Below, one piece after another: positions 47,013 through 58,964 of a stretch of DNA of 64,000 nt. The position numbers and the translations under genes are program-made. The notes under the pieces are model-generated. The model was not told the origin of the DNA and did no database searches. It saw only the letters and a list, made by a program, of their open reading frames with translations. The stretch's first letter is position 1. The number at the start of each line of letters is the position of its first letter. Source of the DNA: Leucoraja erinacea (lineage: Eukaryota); NCBI RefSeq assembly GCF_028641065.1, contig NC_073379.1, positions 111,724,001 to 111,788,000 of the forward strand, given 5' to 3'.

Positions 47013-47979
47013 AGAGTGTAATGGGTCCAATTTCTTGGCAATTTAAAAAATATAAATTATTTTTAGGATATCAATCAATACAATATGAATCAACTTAAAA
47101 ATATTCATTGAAATTCTTCATTTTTCTCACTGTCTTTGTTGCAACAAGCAAATCAATGATGACTATTGTTGACGTGCCATGTATGCAAAATGTAGAATTC
47201 TGACATGTTTTAGGAAATTCAAGCTTTTTCTGTCGTCTTCTATGTAGAAGTAAATGATTTTGACAGAATTGCAATTTCATGGCTTTTAGCACCCGATCAC
47301 ACCCGATTTACATATTGAATAGGATAATGAATTGTGGCAAATTGTATCAATCATTCGTCCTTATCTGGTTCCACACGTAACTTACCAGCCTGTGCCTCTT
47401 CCCTTTCCCCCTCTCCTCCTCCCGCCACCTTCATCAGCCCAAAATGTCTTTGTCACCTTCTTCACTTTCTCGTGTTGTCACCTATCACCTCCCAGCCTGT
47501 ATCTCAGCACTCCCTCTCACTGCTATAGCTTCACTCTCCATTCTCAGTCTCAACAACAGGGCCTTGACCATCTCTTTGTCTCTACAGATGCTGCTTGGCC
47601 CGTTGATTCTTCCAGCAGTTTGTTTTTAGCTGTACAGGCTTCTTTTGTCTTCTTTAAAATGCTGATGAAGAGCCTCTCACCTGAAACATTGACTCTGCTT
47701 CTCTTCCCACATATATGGCCTGAACCACTGAGTATTTGTTTAAGAAGGAACTGCAGATGCTGGAAAATCGAAGGTTGACAAAAGTGCAGGAGAAGCTCAG
47801 CGGGTGCAGCAGCATCTATGGAGCGAAGGAAATAGGCAACGTTTCGGGATTTGGTTTATTTATTCTCACCTGTAAAAAGATAGCAAAAAGCTTGCCCTGC
47901 ATGCTGACCAGTCAATTCACACAATACATGAGAACAATAGCTCCACTTTTGGAACAGCACGCAGAGTGTCACCACATAT

Positions 47980-48346
47980 CACCGGTTCCTCGCTCCCCTC
48001 CATTGAGTCTGTCCAAAGCAAGCGCTGTCTGCGGAGGGCGCTCAGCATCGCCAAGGACTGCTCTCACCCCAACCATGGACTGTTTACCCTCCTACCATCC
48101 GGGAGGCGCTACAGGTCTCTCCGTTGCTGAACCAGCAGGTCGAGGAACAGTTTCTTCCCGGCGGCTGTCACTCTACTCAACAACGTACCTCGGTGACTGC
48201 CAATCACCACCACCCCCCCCGGACACTTATTATTATTTATTCAAATCATTTGCTATGTCGCTCTTCCAGGGAGATGCTAAATGCATTTCGTTGTCTCTGT
48301 ACTGTACACTGACAATGACAATTAAAATTGAAATTGAATCTGAATC
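47980..48346 (+). mobile_element. Rex1 3' fragment, same family as 33837-35050
   Basis: Near-identical to the reverse complement of 33850-34270; AATCTGAATC tail. Confidence 0.92.
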
Positions 48347-48714
48347 ATCTGCCAAAGTCCAAAACTCTGAATTAAATTTCTTATACAGATCCACTACCTA
48401 TTTTCGAGCACCCTTGGTTCCAGAGGTTGCCATTATCCATTTTGCCGGACCAACAGAATTTGGGGAACCGAGATACCCGCCTGGAAAGTCGGCCGCAGAA
48501 GTCGCTAAGGGAACAGATTTGCCAACTCCAGCTGGGCCAGAGTTCCATAGCCCCAGCCACCGGGAGCAAATTCAACCCGCTGATTGTCGCAATAGGTCCA
48601 GATGAGGTCAAGATCGACATCCTCTCCCGGCCTGGGTACCATATTTTTGGGGGAGACTTCTGGGGGGGAGGGTCCCATTGGACACTGAATAAAGAGGAAA
48701 CATTAGGTCAATTG

Positions 48715-49058
48715 CTCACAAGTTTAGGAGTAGAATTAGGCCATTCGGCCCAACAAGTCTACTCTGCCACTCAATCATGGCTGATCTCTGCCTCCTAATC
48801 CCATTTCCCTGCCTTCTCCCCATAACCCTTGTCACCCGTTCTAATCAACAATCTGTCTATCTCTGCCTTAAAAATATCCACTGACTTGGCCTCCACAGCC
48901 CTCTGTGGCAATGAGTTCCGCAGATTAACTACCCTCTGACTAAAGAATTTCCTCCTCACCTCCTTTCTAAAAGAGTGCCCTTTAATTCTGAGGCTGTGAC
49001 CTCTGGTCCTAGACTCTCCCACCAATGGAAACATCCTTTCCACATCTACTCCATCTCT
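48715..49058 (-). mobile_element. CR1 3' fragment
   Basis: ERMFPLVGESRTRGHSL...GYGEKAGKWD. Confidence 0.9.
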
Positions 49059-50199
49059 GCTTATTGTTACTGACTTATCAGCTAAAATCAGTTAACTCAG
49101 CACACACCAGGGATTAAACCTGGGATCATTGTGATCCAATTAACAAGCAAATTCAATCATTCTAAAATAATGCTAAGAAATCAATCCAATAGAGCCAAGG
49201 GCATGCTCCTTTAATAGAGACTAGTTATCAGGCTATGATTGATGTGGTGTCAGTAATAATCTCCCCAATCTAGCTCCATAAGATAGCAAAAATGCAAGTT
49301 ACGTATTCTTTGGTAGGGTAGAGGAAACACTCATAACTTGCAGATGAGTTCTAGAGCAAATCCTGTTAATCTTCCATCTGCTGAAGGTATTTTGATGATA
49401 AGAGTAGAATTGTGAAAGTACACATCAGACTAACTACTTTCCCATTATCAACAAACAGACAACATTCCCTGGAAACAGAGCCTGAAATAAAACAGAGCAC
49501 AGTTCGTCAGACTCAGCCCGAGTCCCAATCTGCTTCTTTCACAACACAAGTTACATTAGTTACTGCGGTTCTTCTGTATGAACCATTGAAAGCCACTCTG
49601 CTTCATGGAACAGTAGTTCGCCCATATAACTTTCTCTCTCAGTCCAAGACTATAATTGTATCTTAAAAATGTTCAAAATCTTGGTCTAAAAACTTTTAAA
49701 CTTATCACATATATTACCAGAAAAAACAGAACTTTAGCAGAAGTGGATGAATACAGGATCAAACACATGAAATTTACCAAAAGGAGGATCTAATCACAAG
49801 ATGTTAAACACTCAGGGCTCCAGGTCTGGAGATCATTTAAGGATAAGTCCCTTTTAAGTAACACCAAAGCAAACCTCGTCTCCACTTAAATCCAGCTTTT
49901 GTGTGAGAGATCCACATCACTGCAGGCCTCAAATGCACTAAAGATGGTTCTGCACATACCCATGGCCAACTATCCAGAATACACCACCACAAAGGAGCAG
50001 ATTACCTTTAGCAATCAAGGTTTGAATGGAACCGGTGATGAAGCATAAAATAGTGTGCCATACAAGAGTATTTTAATCCATTTATCTCTTTAATTCCTGT
50101 GTGGAAGTTGTCAACACCTAAACATAATTCAAGTCTTGCCAAATGGCTAATTTAACAATGAAGATAATCAGATGAAGTCAATTTACATTAGGTATCGTC

Positions 50200-50580
50200 T
50201 TTTAGTTTAGTTTAAAGATACAGCACGGAAACAAGCCCTTCGGCCCACTGGGTAATGATTCCCGCACATTAACACTACACTACACACACTAGGGAGAATT
50301 TTGCATTTAACCAAGCCAATTAAACTACAAATCTGGACGTTTTTGGAGTGTGGGAGGAAACCAAAGATCTCGGAGAAAGCCCACGCAGGTCATGGGGGGA
50401 ACGTACAAACTCCGTACAGACAGCACCCGTTGTCAGGATCGAGCACGGCGAGTCACTGGCGCTGTAAGGCAGATGCTCTACCGCCATGATCATAATGAAT
50501 GGCGGTGCTGGCTCGAAGGTCCAAATGGCCTCCTCCTGCACCTATTTTCATGTTTCTATGCTATGCTACTGTGCCGCCCA
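50200..50580 (-). mobile_element. HE1-like SINE with an ~80-bp CR1 tail inserted in its head (~50484-50560, plus)
   Basis: Reverse complement of 21105-21410; CATGATC...TTTCTATG inserted. Confidence 0.85.
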
Positions 50581-50812
50581 TTCTTTGGATTCAGGGTTTA
50601 ACCATTCGTACATTAATGCTGTGAAGACATCAAAATAAATTCAACTATTTTAAGGCGACAAAAAAGGTGTGTGTATGGCATTCGTAAATGGATATTTAAT
50701 GTACTACAGGTGACCTACCAGGATTTTCTATAGAATCAGGACCAGTTCCTGTGGATTGGAGGGTAGCTAATGCTATCCCACTTTTTAAGGAAGGTGGGAG
50801 AGAGAAGACTGG

Positions 50813-51254
50813 GAACGCGGCCGGAGTCCTTTATACAGGCGCCGCAGTCTTGACGCCTCCCGGATCACCACGTAGAGGCCGGGGTCGGGGCCCGTCTCGG
50901 GAGAAGCGGCCGATGGGCCCAGCTCGGCACCACGGAGGCGTGAAGTGAAGCGTCGACAGTGGTGAGGCCACGGCGGCAGCAGCGGTAAGCCTCATGTCGA
51001 TGGGGCATCGGCGGTGGTAAAGCCTCGTGGGTCGATCCGCCATCGACAGTCAATGAGAGCGTGGAGGACCACCGTGAGGGGAAGAACAATGGAGGACCTG
51101 GCATAGGGGAACGGTTGGGGGACAAAAGGAGGAGCCAGCATGCTTTGTAACTATGTCAGCACCGTAGGTGGCTGCTATTTATATACATTGTGTATGTAAG
51201 CAAAGAATCTCACTGTACCTAGTCACATGTGACAATAACGTTTTCCTATTCCTA
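50813..51254 (+). mobile_element. GC-rich non-autonomous retroelement (family B)
   Basis: Collinear with 4751-5265; directly follows a short CR1 RT piece (DWRVANAIPLFKEGGREKTGN). Confidence 0.75.
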
Positions 51255-52074
51255 ACCTCTTATTGCTTAAAATGGCACGTAAGACATTTGTAACTTCACT
51301 GGCCAACCCCACAAAGTAGATAATATCAATTAAAAGAAAATTAAAGCTTTAATCTAGCTGCTAGTGGGATGTACATATGGGACTGAATAATGGCATCTTA
51401 TTTCCTTTCTGCTATAATAATGATTCCGTTGACAAGCTTTGTTAATCCATAAAGTTTAATGTACATATAATCATTTTCAGACTAGTGTAGACATTATCTT
51501 CACTTTTTATCAAAAATCAAATTTTAAACGCTATTATGAACTTAAAATATGAAACCAATTAACAGATTTGTGTGCGATAAGAATACATTAATGATACATG
51601 CAGAAAATTCTAAACAACACAAAAACATTCATTTGCTCCACTGGAGTTAATTTAACATTAATCTCAATAAAACTGTGCATAAATACCATGGGAGTAAATA
51701 ATCGGATATGTTGCTAGCTACGGACTGACTACAACATTAGTTATAATTTGCACCTCTTACTCATCATTTAATTCTCATCTTGAACAATAATTTTGCATTC
51801 AACCCAAGTTATACTCAAGTTTTTCATTGTGAATGAGACAAAGTAATGCAGCGTGGACACCTTTCTGTTGCATTTGAATAAAACATCCTTTGGAGGCAGT
51901 TGCTGTGTAGCAGCAATGATTACAGAATGTTTCTCATGGACCAAGCTGGCAAAGAGACCTTGCTATTCACAGTGATCTATTTATCCAAGCAGAGGCCAAC
52001 ACATGTTGCTGGTCCCTTGTTTAGATATTTAAGGGGCCTAATCAAGACAATTACCATAAACAGAGAGTGGAATC

Positions 52075-52312
52075 CCAGAGAGTTGTGAATTTGTGGAATT
52101 CCCTGCCACAGAGGGCAGTGGAGGCCAAGTCACTGAATGGATTTAAGAGAGAGTTAGATAGAGCCCTAGGGGCTAGTGGAGTCAGGGGATATGGGGAGAA
52201 GGCGGGCACGGGTTATTGATTGGGAACGATCAGCCATGATCACAATGAATAGCGGTGCTGGCTCAAAGGGCCGAATGGCCTCCTCCTGCACCTATTTTCT
52301 ATGTTTCTATGT
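52075..52312 (+). mobile_element. CR1 3' fragment
   Basis: CAGAGAGTTGTGAATTTGTGGAATTC...TTTCTATGTTTCTATG. Confidence 0.9.
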
Positions 52313-52479
52313 AATATCAAAGATAGCTCCATCCAATATTTGATAGGACACCTTACTTGAGTGCACAGTGTCCTTCGCAGCCTCAGTATGTCATAAGTAG
52401 AGTAATGGAATTAATAATCCAGTAACCACCCGTTGAAGGAGTTTACTGAAAAAGAATAGACCAGGATATCATAATCCCA

Positions 52480-53215
52480 CGTGACCCCACCACTCGCCAC
52501 ATCTTCCCATCTCCCCCCATATCTGCCTTCCGCAAAGACCGCTCCCTCCATAACTCCCTTGTCAATTCTTCCCTTCCCTCTCGTACCACCCCCTCCCCGG
52601 GCACTTTCCCTTGCAACCGCAAGAGATGCAACACTTGTCCCTTTACCTCCCCCCTCGACTCCGTTCAAGGACCCAAGCAATCGTTCCAGGTGCGACAGAG
52701 GTTTACCTGCATCTCCTCCAACCTCATCTATTGCATCCGCTGCTCTAGATGTCAGCAGATCTATATCGGTGAGACCAAGCGGAGGTTGGGCGATCGTTTC
52801 GCCGAACACCTCTGCTCGGTCCGCAATAACCAAGCTGACCTCCCGGTGGCTCAGCACTTCAACTCCCCCTCCCACTCCATCTCCGACCTCTCTGTCCAGG
52901 ATCACCTCCATGGCCACAGCGAGCAGCACCGGAAATTGGAGGAACAGCACCTCATATTCCGTTTCGGGAGTCTGCATCCTGGGGGCATGAACATCGAATT
53001 CTCCCAATTTTGTTAGTCCTTGCTGTCTCCTCCCCTTCCTCAGCTCCCCTGCTGTCTCCTCCCATCCCCCAGCCTTCGGGCTCCTCCTCCCTTTTTCTTT
53101 TCTTGTCCCCGCCCCCGTTCAGTCTGAAGAAGGGTTTCAGCCCGAAACGTTGCCTATTTCCTTCGCTCCATAGATGCTGCTGCACCCGCTGAGTTTCTCC
53201 AGTTTTTTTGTGTAT
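52480..53215 (+). mobile_element. Penelope-like element 3' part: Cys-rich linker, GIY-YIG endonuclease and terminal repeat
   Basis: Open frame 52480-53016: ...FPCNRKRCNTCP...FTCISSNLIYCIRCSRCQQIYIGETKRRLGDRFAEH...VAQHFN...EEQHLIF...GMNIEF. It is followed by CTGAAGAAGGGTTTCAGCCCGAAACGTT at 53123. Confidence 0.93.
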
Positions 53216-53264
53216 CATAATTCCACATCTTTTGAAACGCCAAGGTGACTAATCAGTGAATAAA

Positions 53265-53460
53265 TTATCAGTGGGCGTCACTTGATAGCTCTGTTGAAGA
53301 GACCTTCCATCCCTTTGCTAATAATGAATAGAGGACATGGATAATAATTACTCACATTGGATTTGTCCGACGTTTTATGAATAGGACATAGCTGGGAAAC
53401 ATTCCACATTTTCAGGTAGATGCTAGTGCTCCACATTTACTGGAACAACCTGTGCTATTG
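53265..53460 (-). mobile_element. Ancient CR1/L2-group LINE RT fragment
   Basis: Minus translation LFQ*MWSTSIYLKMWNVSQLCPIHKTSDKSNVSNYYPCPL, a decayed W(K).A.V.PVHK...NYRP.SL motif. Confidence 0.6.
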
Positions 53461-54810
53461 CATTTGGTGCTGATGATGTGGCCTCTTCCACATTGGCACG
53501 GTCAAGCATGGACTAACTAAATTATTATTTTACAGAGCAACTGTGCAGTTCGCAACCGCCAACTTGAGATTCTAGTTGCACATCATTCCAGATCACCTTC
53601 CCTTCCCCACACCAACCTCTGGCTTTGGTATCCTCCATAGCACGGCGAGGTTAAATGAAAATTAGAAGAGCAGTAGCTCGTATCCAGTGTCATGTCATTA
53701 TATTTTCCAATTTCAAGTCACATGCTCCCCCATGTCTTTCTTGTCCATCCCCTCCGGTCCACCCAGGGTTTCTCTCCCTTCGTTCATCTTTTCTACCCTC
53801 CGCTTACCTCCCACACCCCCAACTTGCCATTAATTAGACTCCCTTTCTCCGACCTGATTCCATCCTTGTGCTCGTCTACCTTGGTTTATTGCTCCAACGG
53901 TTCACCCTTTCCTATTGTCTCCACAATCTAGTTCCATCTGCCCATCATCCCCCTCTCCATCTGCGTCTACCCACCAGCTTCTGTCTCAACCCCTCCCTCT
54001 CACTTCTATAATAACCATCTTCCCTCTACTCTCTTAGTCCAGATGCAGGGTCTCAATCTGAAAAATCCCTTTCTCTCCGCAGATGCTGCCGAGTTCTTAT
54101 CGTGGTTATTTGTGTTGGGTTTTAACCAGAAGCAAGCAGTACAATACGCATTTCAAAGATTAATCATTTCTCATAAGAAGTGTATTGCTCTGATCACAAT
54201 AAATTAGATTGAACATAATTGTTAAGGTGATCAGGTACAAACATGAATTTCTAGTAAAAAATCCAGGTAATAATCAATTGGGATTGCATTAATTGCTTTT
54301 GTCCTGGGTTGAAAAAGACTAATAGTTACCAATTAAACAATGTTCATGTGACTGAATTACTAATTACACATGATTTCTGAAATCACTTACATATTTTAAA
54401 TAAACTTTCAGAATTGCATGAAGAAAATTGCAAATGTTTTGTTTAATTTACTTTTATTTTCTATCCAATTAGTTATACTTAAGTTATTAAAATTTGGTAT
54501 CATAAGCTAGAAAATGTTTTTAAAGTAATTTAAATTTGCTGGATAGTTGCATTTAGTGCACCACTGATCCTGTGGTATGTACTCCATTCAAGCAGAGATA
54601 TGTTAGCAATATTAGTTAGTAAATCAGATTTTACAGAAAGCTTAAAATAATTTATGGATATTCAGCATGTATCAAGCCAACACAACATGCAACTTAGTTT
54701 AATGTGTCATGTTGTTCCTATTTCCTCATGACATAGAAGACTATTCAACCTATTGAATTAATACCAGCTCTCAAATAAATGCCGCCTCCCTCCCCCCCCC
54801 CCTCCCCCTA

Positions 54811-55348
54811 AGGGCCTGTCCCACGAGCATGCGACTGCATGTGGCTAGCGCGACCTAACGTGGTCGCTTGAGCCGTACGGCCTCATGGCCGGTCCCACTT
54901 CGATCGCCGGAGCCGTATGGAGTTGTGCGGGGCTGGTCTCGACATCGCGCGGGGCTCTGAAAAACTGACACTGTTCAAAAATTCCACACGACAACGGCCT
55001 GTCAGCCTGCAGCCGCATTGATATCGTACGCAGCACCTCGACGTCGTACGCAGTGTCTTGACGCCGTACGCAGTGTCTTGACGGCGTACGCCTAGCGCGT
55101 GGCATTGCGCGATGTCGTCACCGCCCGACGTGCCGTTGCATGATGAGATAACCGCCCGACGCCGTGCAACGTCCAAATTCAGTCAGCCCGCCTCGCTGAT
55201 TGGTGAGTATGATGTCGGGACCAGCCCCGCACAACTACAGACGGCTCCACGGTTGGAAGTGGGACCGGCTCCGTGAGGCCGTACGCCTCGCACCACCACA
55301 TTTGGTCGCGCTAGACGCATGCAGTCACATGCTGGTGGGACAGGCCCT
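54811..55348. mobile_element. PIF/Harbinger-type MITE
   Basis: TIR AGGGCCTGTCCCACGAGCATGCGACTGCATG / CATGCAGTCACATGCTGGTGGGACAGGCCCT, with inverted similarity extending ~120 bp. Flanks CTA/TTA. Internal 20-bp tandem repeat at ~55040-55090. Confidence 0.9.
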
Positions 55349-55829
55349 TTACTGAACACAGGATGAGCATGCAACCTCTACAGACACAGTACTACAGCAC
55401 AGGATTGAATGTGGGAGCTGTGAAGCTGCCGTCTAAAAACATTCACATGAGCAATAAATGCAAACTGCCTTTTTTAAAAGCTACATCCCTATTAAAGTAG
55501 TATTTCCTTTTGCTCAGCACATGTTATTCTTCCCTTTACTGCAAGATAGTCAAAGACTTGGTTCTGGCCAAATGTAGGTAGTTGTTACTCAAGAGCACTA
55601 AAGAATGAGTGGGTTCTCTGAGTTAATTCAACAGTCCTCGTGCCATTTTCTAATACCAGACCACAAATCAACATCTAAAACAAATTTCATTGACAATTCC
55701 AATATTAAAGTTCACGACACAAAATCAAAAGAATGGTTCTGGACCATGTGCAAAATCGTGTTATTCAGATTATGAATTATGCATGTTATTCAGATTATGT
55801 TCCAGATGCTGGAAATCCAAAATAAAGAA

Positions 55830-56510
55830 AATTGTTCAATAGTTTTTTGGTCACGTGTACCAGGTACAGTGAAATATATTATTTTGCATACAGATAATAA
55901 TAATAATAATAATAATAATCTTATTTATATAGCACATTTTCAGTCAACTTGCATTGACCCCAAAGTGCTTCACATAATTACATTACATTTACACACAGGC
56001 AAAGGTGGGTGAAGTGTCTTGCCCCAAGGACACAACGACAGTATGCACTCCAAGCGGGATTCGAACCGGCTACCTTCCGGTCGCCAGCCGAACACTTAGC
56101 CCATTGCGCCATCTGTCGTCCCAAGATCAGCAAGACTATCCCTGTACATGAGCACAATCCCCCGGACGGTACAGAATGTACTGAACAGCCCACCGTCCAT
56201 ATGCAAGAGGTGCAATCTGGTACCATTTTACAGTCCCAGTTGTCCCCCTCTCCAGCCCTTCGTTTTCCGGGGTGGGGGAAGCTCCCGCAGCCGACAGTGG
56301 GTGCGGAAGGTGAGGTTCGCCCGATTCCTCTGACTGTGCCCTTTTGCCCTTTTCCAGTGACCGCTGCCGTTGCCTTCTGCCCCCTTTCCGATTGCGGATC
56401 CACAGGGCAACCAGGGGCTGCGCTCGGCGGCTTTCCCTCTCCGGGTCGCTGGGCCAAGCCCCAGGCAGCTGCTGCGGGCTTGTTCCCGCTGCCACAGCAC
56501 CAAGCTGGAA
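55830..56510 (-). mobile_element. GC-rich non-autonomous element with Rex1-type tail (host of the CORE-SINE)
   Basis: Reverse complement ends ATGCAAAAT...TTTCACTGTACCTGGTACACGTGACC; GC-rich body. Confidence 0.55.
55895..56122 (-). mobile_element. Intact tRNA-derived CORE-type SINE with L2 tail
   Basis: A box TGGCGCAATGGG, B box GGTTCGAATCC, CORE-like GTTGTGTCCTTGGGGCAAGACACTTCACCC, tail GTGAAGCACTTTGGGG...ATGTGCTATATAAATAA(G)(ATT)n. Confidence 0.88.
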
Positions 56511-57329
56511 TTAGTCATCAGGTCAAGCAGTGTTTATGGGAAGAGAAAGAGAATCACTATTTCAATTCCATGTTCACTCTTCGAGGGCTAGCAAAGAAAT
56601 AGCCTTTCATCCTGGAGATGTGTCCAATCTCTTGTTTCTTGCAAAGTTGTCAGCACTTTTCCATTAAAGTTAGAGTTTTTCTTTCTCCAAACCCCAGTTT
56701 GGAATTCTTCTAGAACCAAATGGATGGTTTGTACCTTAAAATGGGACAAGACGTGATCATTGCAGCTCGAGATCAATTACTGCTCTATCGTGCAACCTAC
56801 ATTAATCGACAATAATACGACATAAAGTAATCAACTTTTAATGATGTGATATCTGGAAAATTAAACACCGAACAATGGCATTGAAACCAGATTTTGTAAC
56901 AAAACCCAGTGCATCCACTGTAAGAGACAATGTACAGCCAAAAGTCGTTTTTCCCAGGAAAGAAACAATCAAATAACCATGAATTAAATGCTGAGAGAGT
57001 TCTTTTAAAAGCATGGTGCAGTCATCATGAGGGTTTTCAATTCAATTCCATTCCAACTTTTTTTGTCCTCTTGGCAAATATCGTCTCTAAAATATAGTCT
57101 CTGTAGACACAATGTACATTTTAACTACTGGTTTCCTTGTCCATCTGGATTTTAAATGCATTTCTTTTCACAGAATTCATGTCAAATACTGGGAGGTAAA
57201 ATGGAAAACCTTAGAATGAGTTTTCACATTAATTTGACCCAGTGGGACGATTTGCATGGCAACATTGATACATGGCACAAAACATTTCATAGAATGTTTG
57301 CAGTCACTTAAGTACATAGCCAAAGCCAT

Positions 57330-57626
57330 TTCAGTTTAGTTTTTGTTTAGAGATAGTGCAGAAACAGGCCCTTCGGCCCACCAAGTCTGCAACGACCAGC
57401 GATCTCTGCACATTAACGCAATCGTATGCACACTAGGTACAATTTACATTTATGCCAACCTGTACGTCTTTGGTGTGTGGGACAAAACTGAAGATCTCGG
57501 AGAAAATCCATGTGGGAATTGGGAAAATGTACAAACTGTGTACAGACAGCACCGTTGTGGGGATTGAACCCAAGTTTCTAGCACTGCAAGAGCTGTAAGG
57601 CAACAACTCTACTGCTCCACCACCAT
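57330..57626 (-). mobile_element. HE1-like SINE
   Basis: Reverse complement of 21105-21410. Confidence 0.85.
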
Positions 57627-58329
57627 GCAGAAATACTATTCCTTGGGAGTTGTCAACAAACGTTGTCCAATCATCAGTACTTCTCAAGCTTTTCATATTC
57701 AGTTCCTCACTCCAGGAGGACTGTAACTATTAAATGGCAAAATCGTTCTTCAGACCCAACACGTCACCCATTCCTTCTCTCCAGAGATGCTGCCTGTCCC
57801 GCTGAGTTACTCCACCATTTTGTGTCTATGTTCGGTTTAAACCAGCATCTGCAGTTCCTTCTTACACTGAACAATCACTTGATCTTTTCTAATGGTGATG
57901 GAGAATAATGTCGACCAAAACCAAATTAAAAATCTTTCACTCACCATTGTCAGATGTTTAGCTTGAGAAGTAAGGAGCCAAATCTATAAGGGAACGTGAG
58001 AGGGCAGTTGGGAAAGGCAAGGAAAGGGATAAAGAGAAATGACGATAGTGGAAGGGTATAACGCAAGGGGGAAAGAAAGAAAACAGTGGGAGACGGGCTT
58101 TGAAAAGAAACTCTGACTGCAGTGAAGCAAAGAGAGCGAGTGATGGCAACTATGGGATGGAGAAAGGAAACACACAGAGAAAGGAGACTGTGACAACGAT
58201 GTAGATTCACAGATTCTTAAGGTTTTGCAACATAGAATCAGCCCCTCAGCCCAACTCACTCAGGTCCTATCCATGCGAATCCCATTTGTATGCATTTAGC
58301 CCTTATCCCTCTAAAAACATTCCATACAC

Positions 58330-58626
58330 GTGCGGCACAGTAGCGCAGCGGTAGTTGCTGCCTTACAGGGCTTGCAGCGCCAGAGACCCGGGTGCGATCC
58401 TGACTATGGGTGGTGTCTGTACGGAGTTTGTACGTTCTCCCCGTGACTTGCGTGGGTTTTCTCTGAGATCTTCGGTTTCCTCCCACACTCCAAAGATGCA
58501 CAGGTCTGTAGGTTAATTGGCTTGGTATAAGTGTAAAATTGTTCTTTGCGCGTGTAGGATTGTGCGGGGATTGCTGGTGGGTCCGGACTCGGTGGGTCGA
58601 AGGGCCTGTTTCTGTGCTGTATCTCT
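58330..58626 (+). mobile_element. HE1-like SINE inserted in an old CR1 3' fragment (minus, ~58230-58870)
   Basis: GGCACAGTAGCGCAGCGGTAG...GGAGTTTGTACGTTCTCCCCG...GGGCCTGTTTCTGTGCTGTATCTCT. Confidence 0.9.
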
Positions 58627-58964
58627 GTACCTTTCCAAAAAAAGATATGTGCCTCTATCACCTTCTCTGGCAGCTTGTTCCATATACCTATCACTTTCTA
58701 TGTGAAAAACCTGTCCCTCGGATCACCCTTAAATCTTTTCCCTCTCAGGATGAACTTATATCATCTAGTTTCAGAAAACTCTATCCTGGGAAAAAGACAG
58801 TGGCTATCTACCCTATTTATGCCCCTTCATTTTCTAATTTTCTACAAGGCCACCCCTCAGACTCCTTTGTTCCCATAAATAAAGTGCTTTAAATACCGTC
58901 ATAACCTTCTGAATTTTGTAGTTGGCAGTCAGCAGGGCAGTCAGTACTCTGCATATCGCCAACT

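Noticed and set aside
47736-48605. 289-aa ORF, the longest ORF not obviously a TE protein
   Set aside because: It reads through a Penelope end, an off-frame Rex1 3' end and its microsatellite tail (IEIESES); a chance composite with no domain.
52411-53007. 198-aa minus ORF and 169-aa alternative plus ORF
   Set aside because: Antisense and off-frame shadows of the GIY-YIG coding region.
56045-56122. Functional tRNA gene
   Set aside because: A/B boxes are present, but the acceptor stem is not convincing and the sequence runs straight into a SINE body and L2 tail.
57975-58200. Purine-rich tracts giving hydrophobic antisense ORFs (also 60460-60830)
   Set aside because: Low-complexity GA-rich sequence; the ORFs are compositional artefacts.
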